Made by a program: the position numbers and the translations under genes. From Methanoregula sp. (GTDB lineage: Archaea; Halobacteriota; Methanomicrobia; Methanomicrobiales; Methanospirillaceae): 64,000 bases of DNA. Shown here piece after piece: positions 15,486 through 24,518 of the stretch. Below the pieces are notes generated by a model, which did no database searches, had not been told where the DNA came from, and was given only the letters and a program-made list of their open reading frames with translations. The DNA is taken from positions 413,556 through 477,555 of the forward strand of contig JBAZQB010000002.1 in NCBI GenBank assembly GCA_041645435.1. Reading direction: 5' to 3'. Position 1 is the first letter of the stretch, and the number at the start of each line of letters is the position of its first letter.

Positions 15486-16775
15486 ATGTCAGGAATGAAT
15501 GAACACAAAGCACTGTATCCCGTTCTTGCGCTGATATTCTTGTCGATGCTCATCATTATGTTTGTGTACGAGCTCACCAAACAGGTGCTCAATCCCTCAA
15601 TTGATATCTGGGAATCCCATGCAATCACCATTGTTTTTACCAGTGTCATGTCTGTCATTATTGTCTATTTCCCGCTCCGGTCTTTTTACCGTCAGCAACA
15701 GAGGACAAAGGAGGCACTCCGGCACCAGCAGGAGGCTGAGGAGAAACTGCGAAAATCCGAGATGCAGTACCGTTCGTTTGTCGAATCGGTTGAAGATTCA
15801 ATCTATACGGTCGACCGTGACTGCCGGTATCTTCTTATCAATGCCCGGCACCTTTTACGTCGGGGGCTTTCACCCGATATGTATGCAGGAAAACTCTATG
15901 GGGACTTCCACTCCGTAGAAGAGACCACAATCTTTGCCGGTCAGGTAGCGCGGGTTCTTGCGTCAAAAAGCCAAGTGCAGGATGAGTATGAGCAGAACGG
16001 GCAGTATTACCTCCGGAAACTCAACCCGGTTATTGATCCGGTGGTAAACGACGTGATCGCCATCACGGTCATCTCATCTGATATCACCGACCGGAAGAAT
16101 GCGGAGAAGAACCTTGAAACGATCAACCGAAAGCTCAACCTGATGAATGACATTACCCGTCATGATATGCTCAACCAGCTTACCGTGCTCAACTCTTATC
16201 TCACGCTTGCCGGTGAGCAATCGGGCGATATGGTCACACAGAAATATCTCGTGAAGAGCGAACAGGTTATCGATGCGATCCTTGCCCAGATCCTCTTTGC
16301 CCGCGATTACCAGAAGATCGGTGTGGAGTCTCCCCAGTGGCAGAATATAGCAGTTACCCTCGTGAAGGCCCGCCTTCCGCAGAAGATTACATCCGTCGCC
16401 ATCGATGATCGTTGTTCTGAAATCGAGATCTATGCGGATCCTCTGTTTGAGAAGGTGCTCTACAACCTGCTGGACAATGCTGTGCGATATGCAGGCCCCC
16501 AGCCGGCAATCAAATTTTTTTTGCAGGAAGAGCCCGACCGGCTCGTGCTGGTCTGTGAAGACAATGGTCCGGGCGTTCTTCAGGAGAACAAGGAGAAAAT
16601 TTTCTTACGGGGATTTGGGAAGAATACCGGGTTGGGTCTCTTTTTGATCCGGGAGATTCTCGCCATTACCGGTATTTCTATCCGGGAATGTGGCGAGGAG
16701 GGGATAGGGAGCCGGTTTGAGATTGCGATTCCTGTCGGGAAGTACCGGGTCGTAGGGAAAAAGTACACCGGTTGA
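15486..16775 (+). CDS. Membrane-anchored PAS sensor histidine kinase
   Basis: Two N-terminal TM segments, a coiled coil and PAS. H-box ITRHDMLNQL, N-box LLDNAVRYAG, G-boxes DNGPGV and GFGKNTGLGLFL. ATG 15486 is preferred over GTG 15462. Confidence 0.85.
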   Translation: MSGMNEHKALYPVLALIFLSMLIIMFVYELTKQVLNPSIDIWESHAITIVFTSVMSVIIVYFPLRSFYRQQQRTKEALRHQQEAEEKLRKSEMQYRSFVESVEDSIYTVDRDCRYLLINARHLLRRGLSPDMYAGKLYGDFHSVEETTIFAGQVARVLASKSQVQDEYEQNGQYYLRKLNPVIDPVVNDVIAITVISSDITDRKNAEKNLETINRKLNLMNDITRHDMLNQLTVLNSYLTLAGEQSGDMVTQKYLVKSEQVIDAILAQILFARDYQKIGVESPQWQNIAVTLVKARLPQKITSVAIDDRCSEIEIYADPLFEKVLYNLLDNAVRYAGPQPAIKFFLQEEPDRLVLVCEDNGPGVLQENKEKIFLRGFGKNTGLGLFLIREILAITGISIRECGEEGIGSRFEIAIPVGKYRVVGKKYTG

Positions 16776-16796
16776 GAGATCGATATACAACCACTC

Positions 16797-16803
16797 TTTT
16801 TTT
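16797..16803 (+). terminator. Oligo-T tract after the histidine kinase gene
   Basis: T7 run about 20 nt after the stop. Confidence 0.35.
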
Positions 16804-16847
16804 AAAATGCATAAAAAAACTATATCGGGCTCTGATTACTATAATCA

Positions 16848-17075
16848 TGTCCGGAAAACCCCATAAAGTCGTCCGTTACGGTGCTTGTGGAAAATATACT
16901 TAAATATCGCTCTAAATGTCAAAATATAGTAGGAAAGCACCTCGTCCATTGGTCACTATAAGCTCTTAAATTGAGGCTGTTTTTACAACTTATTTTATCC
17001 CCTCCTGACTCCTAAAAGCCTGCCGGAACGCGTATATGAGGTTTGTTTTCCTGAGACGTGATCAAAAAAGGGATA
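16848..17075 (+). repeat. About 200-bp repeat, copy B (partner at 12768-13000)
   Basis: GTCAAAATATAGTAGGAAAGCACCTCGTCCATTGGTCACTATAAGCTC...CCTGCCGGAACGCGTATATGAGG. Same orientation as copy A. Confidence 0.55.
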
Positions 17076-17319
17076 ATACAACAAAAATGAGGAAATGTCA
17101 GACTAAAAACATTGTAGCCTAAAAAACAGTTCCACATTAAGCCCCCTGAGAATGAGGACGATGGCTGTGACCCGATTATTCCGCGAGGCGATAAGTATCC
17201 CGGCAAGCTCCCCTACTAAAAAACAAGTCCATCGGGAATTACTGCTGGATGAAAAGCGCTTCCATCAGGAATAATGGGAATAGATGTGTAAAGATTTTCC
17301 GGTTTTTCCGGAAATGTCT

Positions 17320-18351
17320 TTATGATCCGACAATCAGCCGTATCCCCATAAACGCCACAAAACCGATGAGGGCACTGATCGGGATTGTCAGGATCCATGC
17401 GAGAGCAATGCTCCTTGCAACACTCCATTTTACGGTACTTGCACCCATCGTAGTACCTACGCCCATGATCGATGTGCAGATGATGTGCGTTGTACTCACG
17501 GGAATACCTGCGATAGAAGCCCCGATGATGGTTGCTGCACCCGCACTCTCTGCAGCAAACCCATGCACCGGACGAAGTTTGGTGATCTTATATCCCATTG
17601 TTTTTACAATCCGCCATCCTCCAAAAAGTGTCCCGAGTGCGATGGCGGCATGGGCAATGAGGATCACCCATAAGGGAACCGGCAGGTGGTTGGGGTCAAC
17701 AGCAACGCCGAAATATCCGATGGAGAAAAGGAGGGGAACTATGATACCCATTGTTTTCTGTGCATCGTTTGTTCCGTGACTGAAACTATAAGCTGCCGCC
17801 GAGCAGAGCTGAAGCCGTCTGAAATGGGATTCCGCTGTAGATTTATGGGCATTCTTGGTGATATTGAGCACGAGTGCCATGAACAAAAAACCAACTGCAA
17901 AACCAATCAGGGGGGAGATGACCATAAACGCTGCTACCAGTGAAACGGTGGACCACTTGATTGCGACAAGTCCGGCTGCCGATATACCGGCTCCTGCCAT
18001 TCCCCCGATAAGAGCGTGGGATGATGACGTAGGCAGACCGAAAAACCATGTGATCATATTCCACACAATTGCACCGGTGAGTGCAGCGAGAATGATATAG
18101 GGGATCATAACTGTTGGGACAATCTCAAGCTGAATGATCTTGGCGATCGTACTCGCAACTGCGACTCCAAATCCGAAAGCAGCAATAAAATTAAAAAATG
18201 CGGCAAAGACCACTGCATTCCGTGGGGAGAGTACTTTTGTGGAGACCACGGTTGAAATTGAATTGGCCGAATCGTGAAACCCGTTGGTAAAATCAAAGAT
18301 AAGTGCGATGACGATGATGACAATAATCAGGATGAACGGTGCCTCAATCAT
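17320..18351 (-). CDS. pit: Inorganic phosphate transporter, PiT family
   Basis: N-terminal FTNGFHDSANSISTVVSTKVLS and the second half-repeat SHGTNDAQKTMGII are PiT signatures. Confidence 0.9.
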   Translation of the reverse strand: MIEAPFILIIVIIVIALIFDFTNGFHDSANSISTVVSTKVLSPRNAVVFAAFFNFIAAFGFGVAVASTIAKIIQLEIVPTVMIPYIILAALTGAIVWNMITWFFGLPTSSSHALIGGMAGAGISAAGLVAIKWSTVSLVAAFMVISPLIGFAVGFLFMALVLNITKNAHKSTAESHFRRLQLCSAAAYSFSHGTNDAQKTMGIIVPLLFSIGYFGVAVDPNHLPVPLWVILIAHAAIALGTLFGGWRIVKTMGYKITKLRPVHGFAAESAGAATIIGASIAGIPVSTTHIICTSIMGVGTTMGASTVKWSVARSIALAWILTIPISALIGFVAFMGIRLIVGS

Positions 18352-18379
18352 GCAGACTCCTTACGTGTGACAGTACCCA

Positions 18380-19009
18380 TTATGAGTGCCGGATAGCGAT
18401 ATCGGACAGCACATTTGCAACATCTTCACAGTTATCCGTAGCGGTCTCAAGGTGTTCGTAAATGTCCTTTAATTTAATAATGGTAATTGCATCAGTTGTT
18501 TTGAAGAGATCAGTCACGGCATGTGCAAGCACATCGTCGGCAAGGTTTTCGAGCCGGTTCACTTCAATGCACCGTTCTTCAATATATCGGGGGTCCTTGA
18601 TGGAACGGATGCCTTTTACTGCACTCTCGATCTCAACCGTGGACATATGAATCAGTTTTGCCAGCTCGATCATGTGAGAGTCCGTGCCTTCGATTCCGTA
18701 ATAGTACATCTTTTCGGTAGCGCCATCGATATAGTCCAGAACCTCATCAAGGCATGATGCAAGGTGGGAGATTTCTTCTGGATCGAGTGGGGTGATGAAC
18801 GAGCTGTTCAGCTGCTCGTAAATATCGTGGGTGATCTGGTCTCCCTTATGTTCGAGTTTCTCGATTGCATGGCGCTTCTCCTTGATATTGGTAAAATCCT
18901 CAGTCAGGGCGACAAGCAGCCATGCCGCCTCCTTTACCACACCCGCCTGTTTTTCAAACAGGTCGAAAAAAACCTTATCCTTTGGTATCAGCAACTCACG
19001 AAGACCCAT
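18380..19009 (-). CDS. DUF47/TIGR00153 PhoU-related phosphate transport regulator
   Basis: KDKVFFDLFEKQA...EKLEHKGDQITHDIY...ITPLDPEEI...IKLKDIYEHLETATDNCEDVANVL. This is the typical DUF47 partner of Pit. Confidence 0.85.
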   Translation of the reverse strand: MGLRELLIPKDKVFFDLFEKQAGVVKEAAWLLVALTEDFTNIKEKRHAIEKLEHKGDQITHDIYEQLNSSFITPLDPEEISHLASCLDEVLDYIDGATEKMYYYGIEGTDSHMIELAKLIHMSTVEIESAVKGIRSIKDPRYIEERCIEVNRLENLADDVLAHAVTDLFKTTDAITIIKLKDIYEHLETATDNCEDVANVLSDIAIRHS

Positions 19010-19068
19010 AACAAACCTACTGGTAATCGGTGGTGGTTCCTAAAAAATATAGCGAAATTGTATGGCCC

Positions 19069-20259
19069 CTATACACTGGTCAACGCGAAGCTTATCATTA
19101 AGTAACCAGTCCATGACACAACCAGCGCAAGGGGGATGGTAATCACCCATGCAGTCATCATCTCGCGCACAACCTTCCACTGGACTGCGTTCCTGCCTCT
19201 TGTTGCTCCGACACCAATAATCGCGCCATTGATCGCGTGCGTAGACGAGACCGGTATACCCTGCTGGGTGACCATCACGAGAATTGCGCTGCTCGCACTC
19301 GCAGCACAAAATCCCTGGTACGGCCGGATCTTGGTGATATCTTTTGCCATTTTATCGACTACCTGCCACCCGCCAAAACAGGTGCCCAGCCCGATTGCAA
19401 CTGCTGATGCAAGAATTACCCACGTCGGTACTACAAAGGTGAGCAGGATGCCTGAGGAGAGCAGCAGAGCGGTAATCACACCGACTGCGTGCTGGCCATC
19501 GTTTGCGCCGTGGGCGGTTGCCTGAACGAGGCATGCGAGCACATGCAAAGGCTGGAAAATATGTTTCGCCCTGCTCTGCCGCGAGTGTTTGATGAGCTGG
19601 GAGACAAGGATATTAAAGAGAAATGCACCCGCCATGCCAATGAGCGGCGAGATGAAGATGAAGAGCACTATCGCAAGGAGGCCGTGGATCTCTATTACAC
19701 CGGCAATCATCATGATCGGGATGATTATACCCGCACCGCAGACGCCCCCCAGCAGGATTCCAAAAAGGATATCCCCCTCGAATGCAGCACAGATGATGGC
19801 AAGTATAAGAGCCCCGAGAATCGCACCAATGCAGGCGAAAAAGAAAACCTGAATTACGGTGTCTGCACTGGGAAGGATAACGGCGGAAAAACCAAATGCA
19901 CCTATGCCTGCTCCCAGCAATCCGCCTACCATGGCGTGACTGCTGGATATCGGCATTCCCATACGCGTGGCAACAAATACGAGAACAATTGAAGCTCCCA
20001 GTGCCACAACAATCGAAAGCGGGGTGAGCGCGTCTTTCGTGACGATAGCAGTACCAATCGTTGCTGCAACAGCCGTGGAAAAAATAAACGGTCCGATCAT
20101 GTTGCAGATCGCGGTAGAGAACACTGCCTTTATCGGGGAGAGTGCTTTTGTAGCAACAACCGTTGCAATCGAGTGCGAGGCGTCATTGAGACCATTGACA
20201 AAGTTAAGTGCAAGCGCGAGGATGATGCCAAACAGGATGATGGGTTCCATGCCAATCAT
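19069..20259 (-). CDS. pit: Inorganic phosphate transporter, PiT family (second paralogue)
   Basis: VNGLNDASHSIATVVATKALS and AHGANDGQHAVGVI motifs. ATGA-type overlap with the upstream DUF47 gene. Confidence 0.9.
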   Translation of the reverse strand: MIGMEPIILFGIILALALNFVNGLNDASHSIATVVATKALSPIKAVFSTAICNMIGPFIFSTAVAATIGTAIVTKDALTPLSIVVALGASIVLVFVATRMGMPISSSHAMVGGLLGAGIGAFGFSAVILPSADTVIQVFFFACIGAILGALILAIICAAFEGDILFGILLGGVCGAGIIIPIMMIAGVIEIHGLLAIVLFIFISPLIGMAGAFLFNILVSQLIKHSRQSRAKHIFQPLHVLACLVQATAHGANDGQHAVGVITALLLSSGILLTFVVPTWVILASAVAIGLGTCFGGWQVVDKMAKDITKIRPYQGFCAASASSAILVMVTQQGIPVSSTHAINGAIIGVGATRGRNAVQWKVVREMMTAWVITIPLALVVSWTGYLMISFALTSV

Positions 20260-20885
20260 GCGTGGCTCATTGCAATATCATTGAGTGCATGCCCGACATC
20301 GTTGCATTTTTCCATCACCCGGCCAAGTCCTTCGTAGATATCCTTGAGCTTGATGATCAGGAGCAGATCTTTATTCTTGAAAAGATCGAGCACCGCTTTT
20401 GCCTGCAATTCAATCGACAGATTATATATCCGGTTGATTTCTATTGAATGGCTCTTCACCCCATCAGGTTTTTTTAAGCTTTCAAGCGCATTTACTGCAT
20501 TTACAATCTCTGTGGCAGACATCATGATCAGGTAGGAAAATTCCTTTAATGTCTCATTACTCTCGGCGAGCTCGTAGTTGCAGACCTGCTGGGTGACCCG
20601 GTCAATGCGGTCCATGACATCGTCTAGGACCGGTGCAAGCCGGGCGATCTCTTCGGGTTCGAGGGGTGTGATCAGTGATTCGTTCAACTGTTCGTACACA
20701 TGACGGGTTATCTCGTCACATTGATGCTCAAACTGTCGCACCTTGTGAGATTTTTCTATGCCATTCGGAAGTTCGTGGGTGATCTCGTTTAATATGACGG
20801 AAGCTTCGGAGATCTTTCCCGCCATTTCTTTAAAGAGGGTAAAAAAAATCTTGTCTTCTGGGAGAATTAGATCACGGATATGCAT
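20256..20885 (-). CDS. DUF47/TIGR00153 PhoU-related protein (second paralogue)
   Basis: EDKIFFTLFKEMA...FEHQCDEITRHVY...ITPLEPEEI...IKLKDIYEGLGRVMEKCNDVGHAL. Collinear with 18380-19009. Confidence 0.85.
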   Translation of the reverse strand: MHIRDLILPEDKIFFTLFKEMAGKISEASVILNEITHELPNGIEKSHKVRQFEHQCDEITRHVYEQLNESLITPLEPEEIARLAPVLDDVMDRIDRVTQQVCNYELAESNETLKEFSYLIMMSATEIVNAVNALESLKKPDGVKSHSIEINRIYNLSIELQAKAVLDLFKNKDLLLIIKLKDIYEGLGRVMEKCNDVGHALNDIAMSHA

Positions 20886-21008
20886 AAGGGGTCTGATTAG
20901 TCCCTCTGGTATTCAAGTATAAAAAACAAAGGGACCTTTAAGTTTATGGAATGTTTTGTTTATTGATCAGGATGATTTTTGGAGTATCTGCAACAGGAGG
21001 ATACTTCA

Positions 21009-21539
21009 CTATGAGAATAATCCGGCTTTCCGGTACATGGGCTGAACCTCTGCTCCTTCAAGATTACCCCCTGCCCAGACATATCGGTCGCGTATAGTCT
21101 GCGGCAACTCTTTTTCTGCAATCGGTATAAAACCCTGCTTTGTGTAAAAACCGATGAGGTGCCGGACCGCATGCATATACAGGTCATCATTATGGCAGGC
21201 TTCCACCAGTGCCCCGACTGCGAGCCGTGAATAGCCTTTCCTGCGATGTTTATCAGGAGTGAAAATACCATCGACATCCATGCCGTCAGGATGACGCCGG
21301 CAACGGGCTAAAGAGACGATCAGGTCTCCGGAAAAAACTGCAAAGATCCTGTCTGTGGCAGGATCACCGGTTGTATCGTGGTACTCTACCCAGCATTTAT
21401 CCGCTACAGGGAATTCATCCGCCTTAAGTTCACGCACACTTATTTTCTTCTCCTTATGATTCCCATTTTTTTGTAACGTTTCCTGGGATGTGTTCACGCC
21501 GGTTCTTCTGATTGCATTGATTCCGTCCTGTTCGATCAT
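21009..21539 (-). CDS. GNAT family N-acetyltransferase
   Basis: The motif A region HRRKGYSRLAVGALVE...FYTKQGF is acetyl-CoA-binding. ATGA overlap with the upstream kinase gene. Confidence 0.75.
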   Translation of the reverse strand: MIEQDGINAIRRTGVNTSQETLQKNGNHKEKKISVRELKADEFPVADKCWVEYHDTTGDPATDRIFAVFSGDLIVSLARCRRHPDGMDVDGIFTPDKHRRKGYSRLAVGALVEACHNDDLYMHAVRHLIGFYTKQGFIPIAEKELPQTIRDRYVWAGGNLEGAEVQPMYRKAGLFS

Positions 21540-22948
21540 AGTATCCGGTATCCTTCGGGGGGAATCATGATCTCAAACCGTGTGCCTTTTTTGGGAGTTC
21601 CCGTTTCTTTGATCGTCATATCACTGATGGCACAAATTTCATGGGCAAGGAACAACCCGTGACCATACCGTTCTTCTTTTTGCGTGAACAACGATTCTTT
21701 TATGCTCGTTTCAATGCCCGCACCATCTGTTTCTACAAGAATAGCACAGCCATTTTCCCGTATGTGGTAGGTGACTACGACCGTAGTCACTCCATCCGTT
21801 TCTTTTATGGTTGTGTCAAAAATATGGAAAAATACTGCCGGGAGATGGGGATCAGCAAAGACTTCCAGTCGTTCAGCCCATGTTCTGAACGAGATGCCGC
21901 CAACCCCAAGACGCCCGATTGTATCCAGCACTGCACCCTGCACCGGAATCCAGGCCGGGGGTGATGTGCCGATATCCTTAAACTCGCGGGATATATCGAT
22001 CTGGCGCTGGATTCCCTGAGCTGAATCCTTAAGAGCTTCGATCAGGAACAGGACATCAGGATCATCAAATTTCATCACCCCAATCGAAAGGATCCCATAC
22101 AGGCCTGCAAGTTTTCTTGAAATGTCATGACGCACGATACCGGCAATGGTATTGAGCCGGCTGCTGGTATTCTGGAGTGCCGATTCGGTCATGACCTGTT
22201 CGGTTATATCCCGGATCGATTCAATGGCACCCGTGACATTACCGTTCCCGTCAACAAGGGCGGTTGCAGCAATACGGAGATACACCCCTTTTCCTCCTTT
22301 AAAATGAGGGATAAAAATTTCAGAGACCAGTTTTTTACCTTCTTTTTTTACCTGGGGGTACCACGTATCTGTTTCAGGACCGGGTGTGAGAATGAGATCC
22401 AGGAGGGCGGGACGCTTTACTCCATAGAATGCGATGGAATAGGCCCCATCCCCCTTATTAAGGATCTCTGCTTTTCTCACTCCCGTCAGCTCTTCGACTG
22501 CCTGGTTCCATACGATCACCACACCTTCACAGTTTACAGCAAATGTCGGGTAGGGTAAAAATTCGATGATCTCGTGAAGCTGCTGCTCAGATTCCCGCAG
22601 TTTTGCAGAGAGAAATGTAACCACTCCCCCGACAAGGATAAAGAAAGTCATGCGGAAGAGAGTGGAAACGATGAGGAGGAGATCCAGGGGCAGGATAAGT
22701 GTGATCAGTGCACCATAGGCAACGGCAATAAGCGTAGAAAAAAGAAGACCCCGGCGGGGGAACCAGTAGCCGGCAAGAATGATGGGTATGTATATTACAT
22801 GCGAAAGCAGAACGGTGATTCCGGTGAACATGCCAACGAGATTTATACCCAATGCAATTACCGTCGCAACCGCAATAGTAATAACACGCGTACGGGTGAA
22901 CGGAGATGAAGAATTGAATAATTGAAATGTCTTCATTCCCGGAGGCAC
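21536..22948 (-). CDS. Membrane-bound PAS sensor histidine kinase
   Basis: About 4 N-terminal TM helices, PAS (PTFAVNCEGVVIVWNQAVEELTG), H-box VRHDISRKL, and an HATPase C-terminus (DGAGI...GHGLFLAHEI). Confidence 0.85.
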   Translation of the reverse strand: MPPGMKTFQLFNSSSPFTRTRVITIAVATVIALGINLVGMFTGITVLLSHVIYIPIILAGYWFPRRGLLFSTLIAVAYGALITLILPLDLLLIVSTLFRMTFFILVGGVVTFLSAKLRESEQQLHEIIEFLPYPTFAVNCEGVVIVWNQAVEELTGVRKAEILNKGDGAYSIAFYGVKRPALLDLILTPGPETDTWYPQVKKEGKKLVSEIFIPHFKGGKGVYLRIAATALVDGNGNVTGAIESIRDITEQVMTESALQNTSSRLNTIAGIVRHDISRKLAGLYGILSIGVMKFDDPDVLFLIEALKDSAQGIQRQIDISREFKDIGTSPPAWIPVQGAVLDTIGRLGVGGISFRTWAERLEVFADPHLPAVFFHIFDTTIKETDGVTTVVVTYHIRENGCAILVETDGAGIETSIKESLFTQKEERYGHGLFLAHEICAISDMTIKETGTPKKGTRFEIMIPPEGYRIL

Positions 22949-23149
22949 CTGCTTCTTCTGGATTTGCTCTGAACGGGCAAAAAGATTGTCTTTAGCGGTA
23001 TTAAAAATCTTAAGGATAAATATATGATGGTAATCCCTGAATCAGACTGAATTGTCGTTGACCCGGAATAAAGACCATTCCAGAGTGTCTCTTTTTCTCA
23101 CGAATGCATAATGGAAGCTCGTCCCTGAGAACTGGTCTCTGGAAGGTAA

Positions 23150-24517
23150 TCACGACTTTTCCGGTGAACGGATGGTTGCCGGAGGGCAGGTAATTTCGAA
23201 TCGTGCCCCTCTATGGGGATCTCCTGTCTCTTTTATGGTGATGCCGGTAATATTCAGAATTTCCCGGGATAGGAAAAGGCCAAGACCGGTATTTTTTCCA
23301 AATCCGTAGGTAAAGATCTTCTCTTTTTCATCTGCAGGTATTCCGGTACCGTTATCCTCGCAGATGATCGTGCAGGTATTGTTTTTACATCCATAGCTGA
23401 AACGGATAGTAGTCATCGATATGCCCCCGTACCTCACGGCATTTTCGATAAGATTGGAAAATACTTTCTCGATTAACGGGTCTGCATACAGTTCAATCTC
23501 TACTGGCACAGAATTATCCAGTTTCACGGTGCCAAGCGAGGTGTGTTTTAAGGAATTGTCTATAAGGGTGCTGACATTGTGCCACACTGCTGACTTGATG
23601 CCGACTTTCTGGTAATCTCCGGTAAATCGTACCGTGTTGACCGTCTGGTTGACAATCCCATCCGCAGTGAGGATATATTTCCATGCTTTTTCTGGCTCTG
23701 CATTTTTTTCCACGAGTGCAAGTTCAATGTATTCGTGAAGGGCCATGAGCTGGTTGAGAAGATCATGCCGGGTGATACTTGCCATCAACTGGAGTTTTTT
23801 GTTGGCTTTTTCCAGGGCATCTTCAACTTTTTTTCTTTCAGCATTCTCCTTGAACAGATCATCATTTACCTGCTGAAGTTTTTCAACTGTCACCTGGAGT
23901 TCCTCATTTACTGCATTGAGGCGCTCGTGGGTTTCGAGCAGTTCAGTATTTTTCCTGACTGCCAGATCATAGGTAGAGAGCAGAATTGTGAGGATTTGCA
24001 GTCTCCCGGCAGTGATGGTATGGTTGCTGTCTGCAAACGACACCTCGATGCCGGTTCCGGATCGGCCGTCTGGGTCAGGGCGGGAGAGCATCTGGAGAAC
24101 ACTATGAATTCGTGAATAAACGTGCTGGGGCTCAAAGGGTTTGATAATGATATTATCGGCACCCGCTTCAAGGCCTTTGATCACATCCACTGGGTCGAAA
24201 AGTTGGGTGACGAGAATGACCGGAATTGATGCCATTGCAGCATCGGAACGGATCCTGCGGCAGAGTTCATACCCGTCCATCTCCGGCATAATAATGTCTG
24301 ATAACACCAGAGCAGGGCGATCGATTTTAATCTGTTCCAATGCTTCAAGACCATTTGCTGCAAGAACTACCCTGTACCCTTCATTTTCAAGGATATGACG
24401 CAGGTATTCCGCCTGGGTCCTGCTGTCTTCGACTACGAGAAGTTTCATCGGCTTTTTTGGATAAGTGCCGTTCATGTAAAGGCTGGCTCCATCATTATCG
24501 TATTGTTTTTTGTTCAT
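23150..24517 (-). CDS. Hybrid response-regulator/histidine kinase (REC, coiled coil, HisKA-like, HATPase)
   Basis: REC: KLLVVEDSRTQAE...LSDIIMPEMDG. H-box ITRHDLLNQL. N-box LIENAVRYGG. G-box GFGKNTGLGLFL. Start chosen at ATG 24517 (GGAG about 9 nt upstream, 1 nt after the cheA stop). The longer ORF would overlap cheA. Confidence 0.85.
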   Translation of the reverse strand: MNKKQYDNDGASLYMNGTYPKKPMKLLVVEDSRTQAEYLRHILENEGYRVVLAANGLEALEQIKIDRPALVLSDIIMPEMDGYELCRRIRSDAAMASIPVILVTQLFDPVDVIKGLEAGADNIIIKPFEPQHVYSRIHSVLQMLSRPDPDGRSGTGIEVSFADSNHTITAGRLQILTILLSTYDLAVRKNTELLETHERLNAVNEELQVTVEKLQQVNDDLFKENAERKKVEDALEKANKKLQLMASITRHDLLNQLMALHEYIELALVEKNAEPEKAWKYILTADGIVNQTVNTVRFTGDYQKVGIKSAVWHNVSTLIDNSLKHTSLGTVKLDNSVPVEIELYADPLIEKVFSNLIENAVRYGGISMTTIRFSYGCKNNTCTIICEDNGTGIPADEKEKIFTYGFGKNTGLGLFLSREILNITGITIKETGDPHRGARFEITCPPATIRSPEKS

Positions 24518-24518
24518 T

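Noticed and set aside
17249-20284. Plus-strand ORFs antisense to the Pit and DUF47 genes (for example 17249-17779, 19136-19525, 19489-19992, 19967-20284)
   Set aside because: These are shadow ORFs of well-supported transporter genes on the opposite strand.
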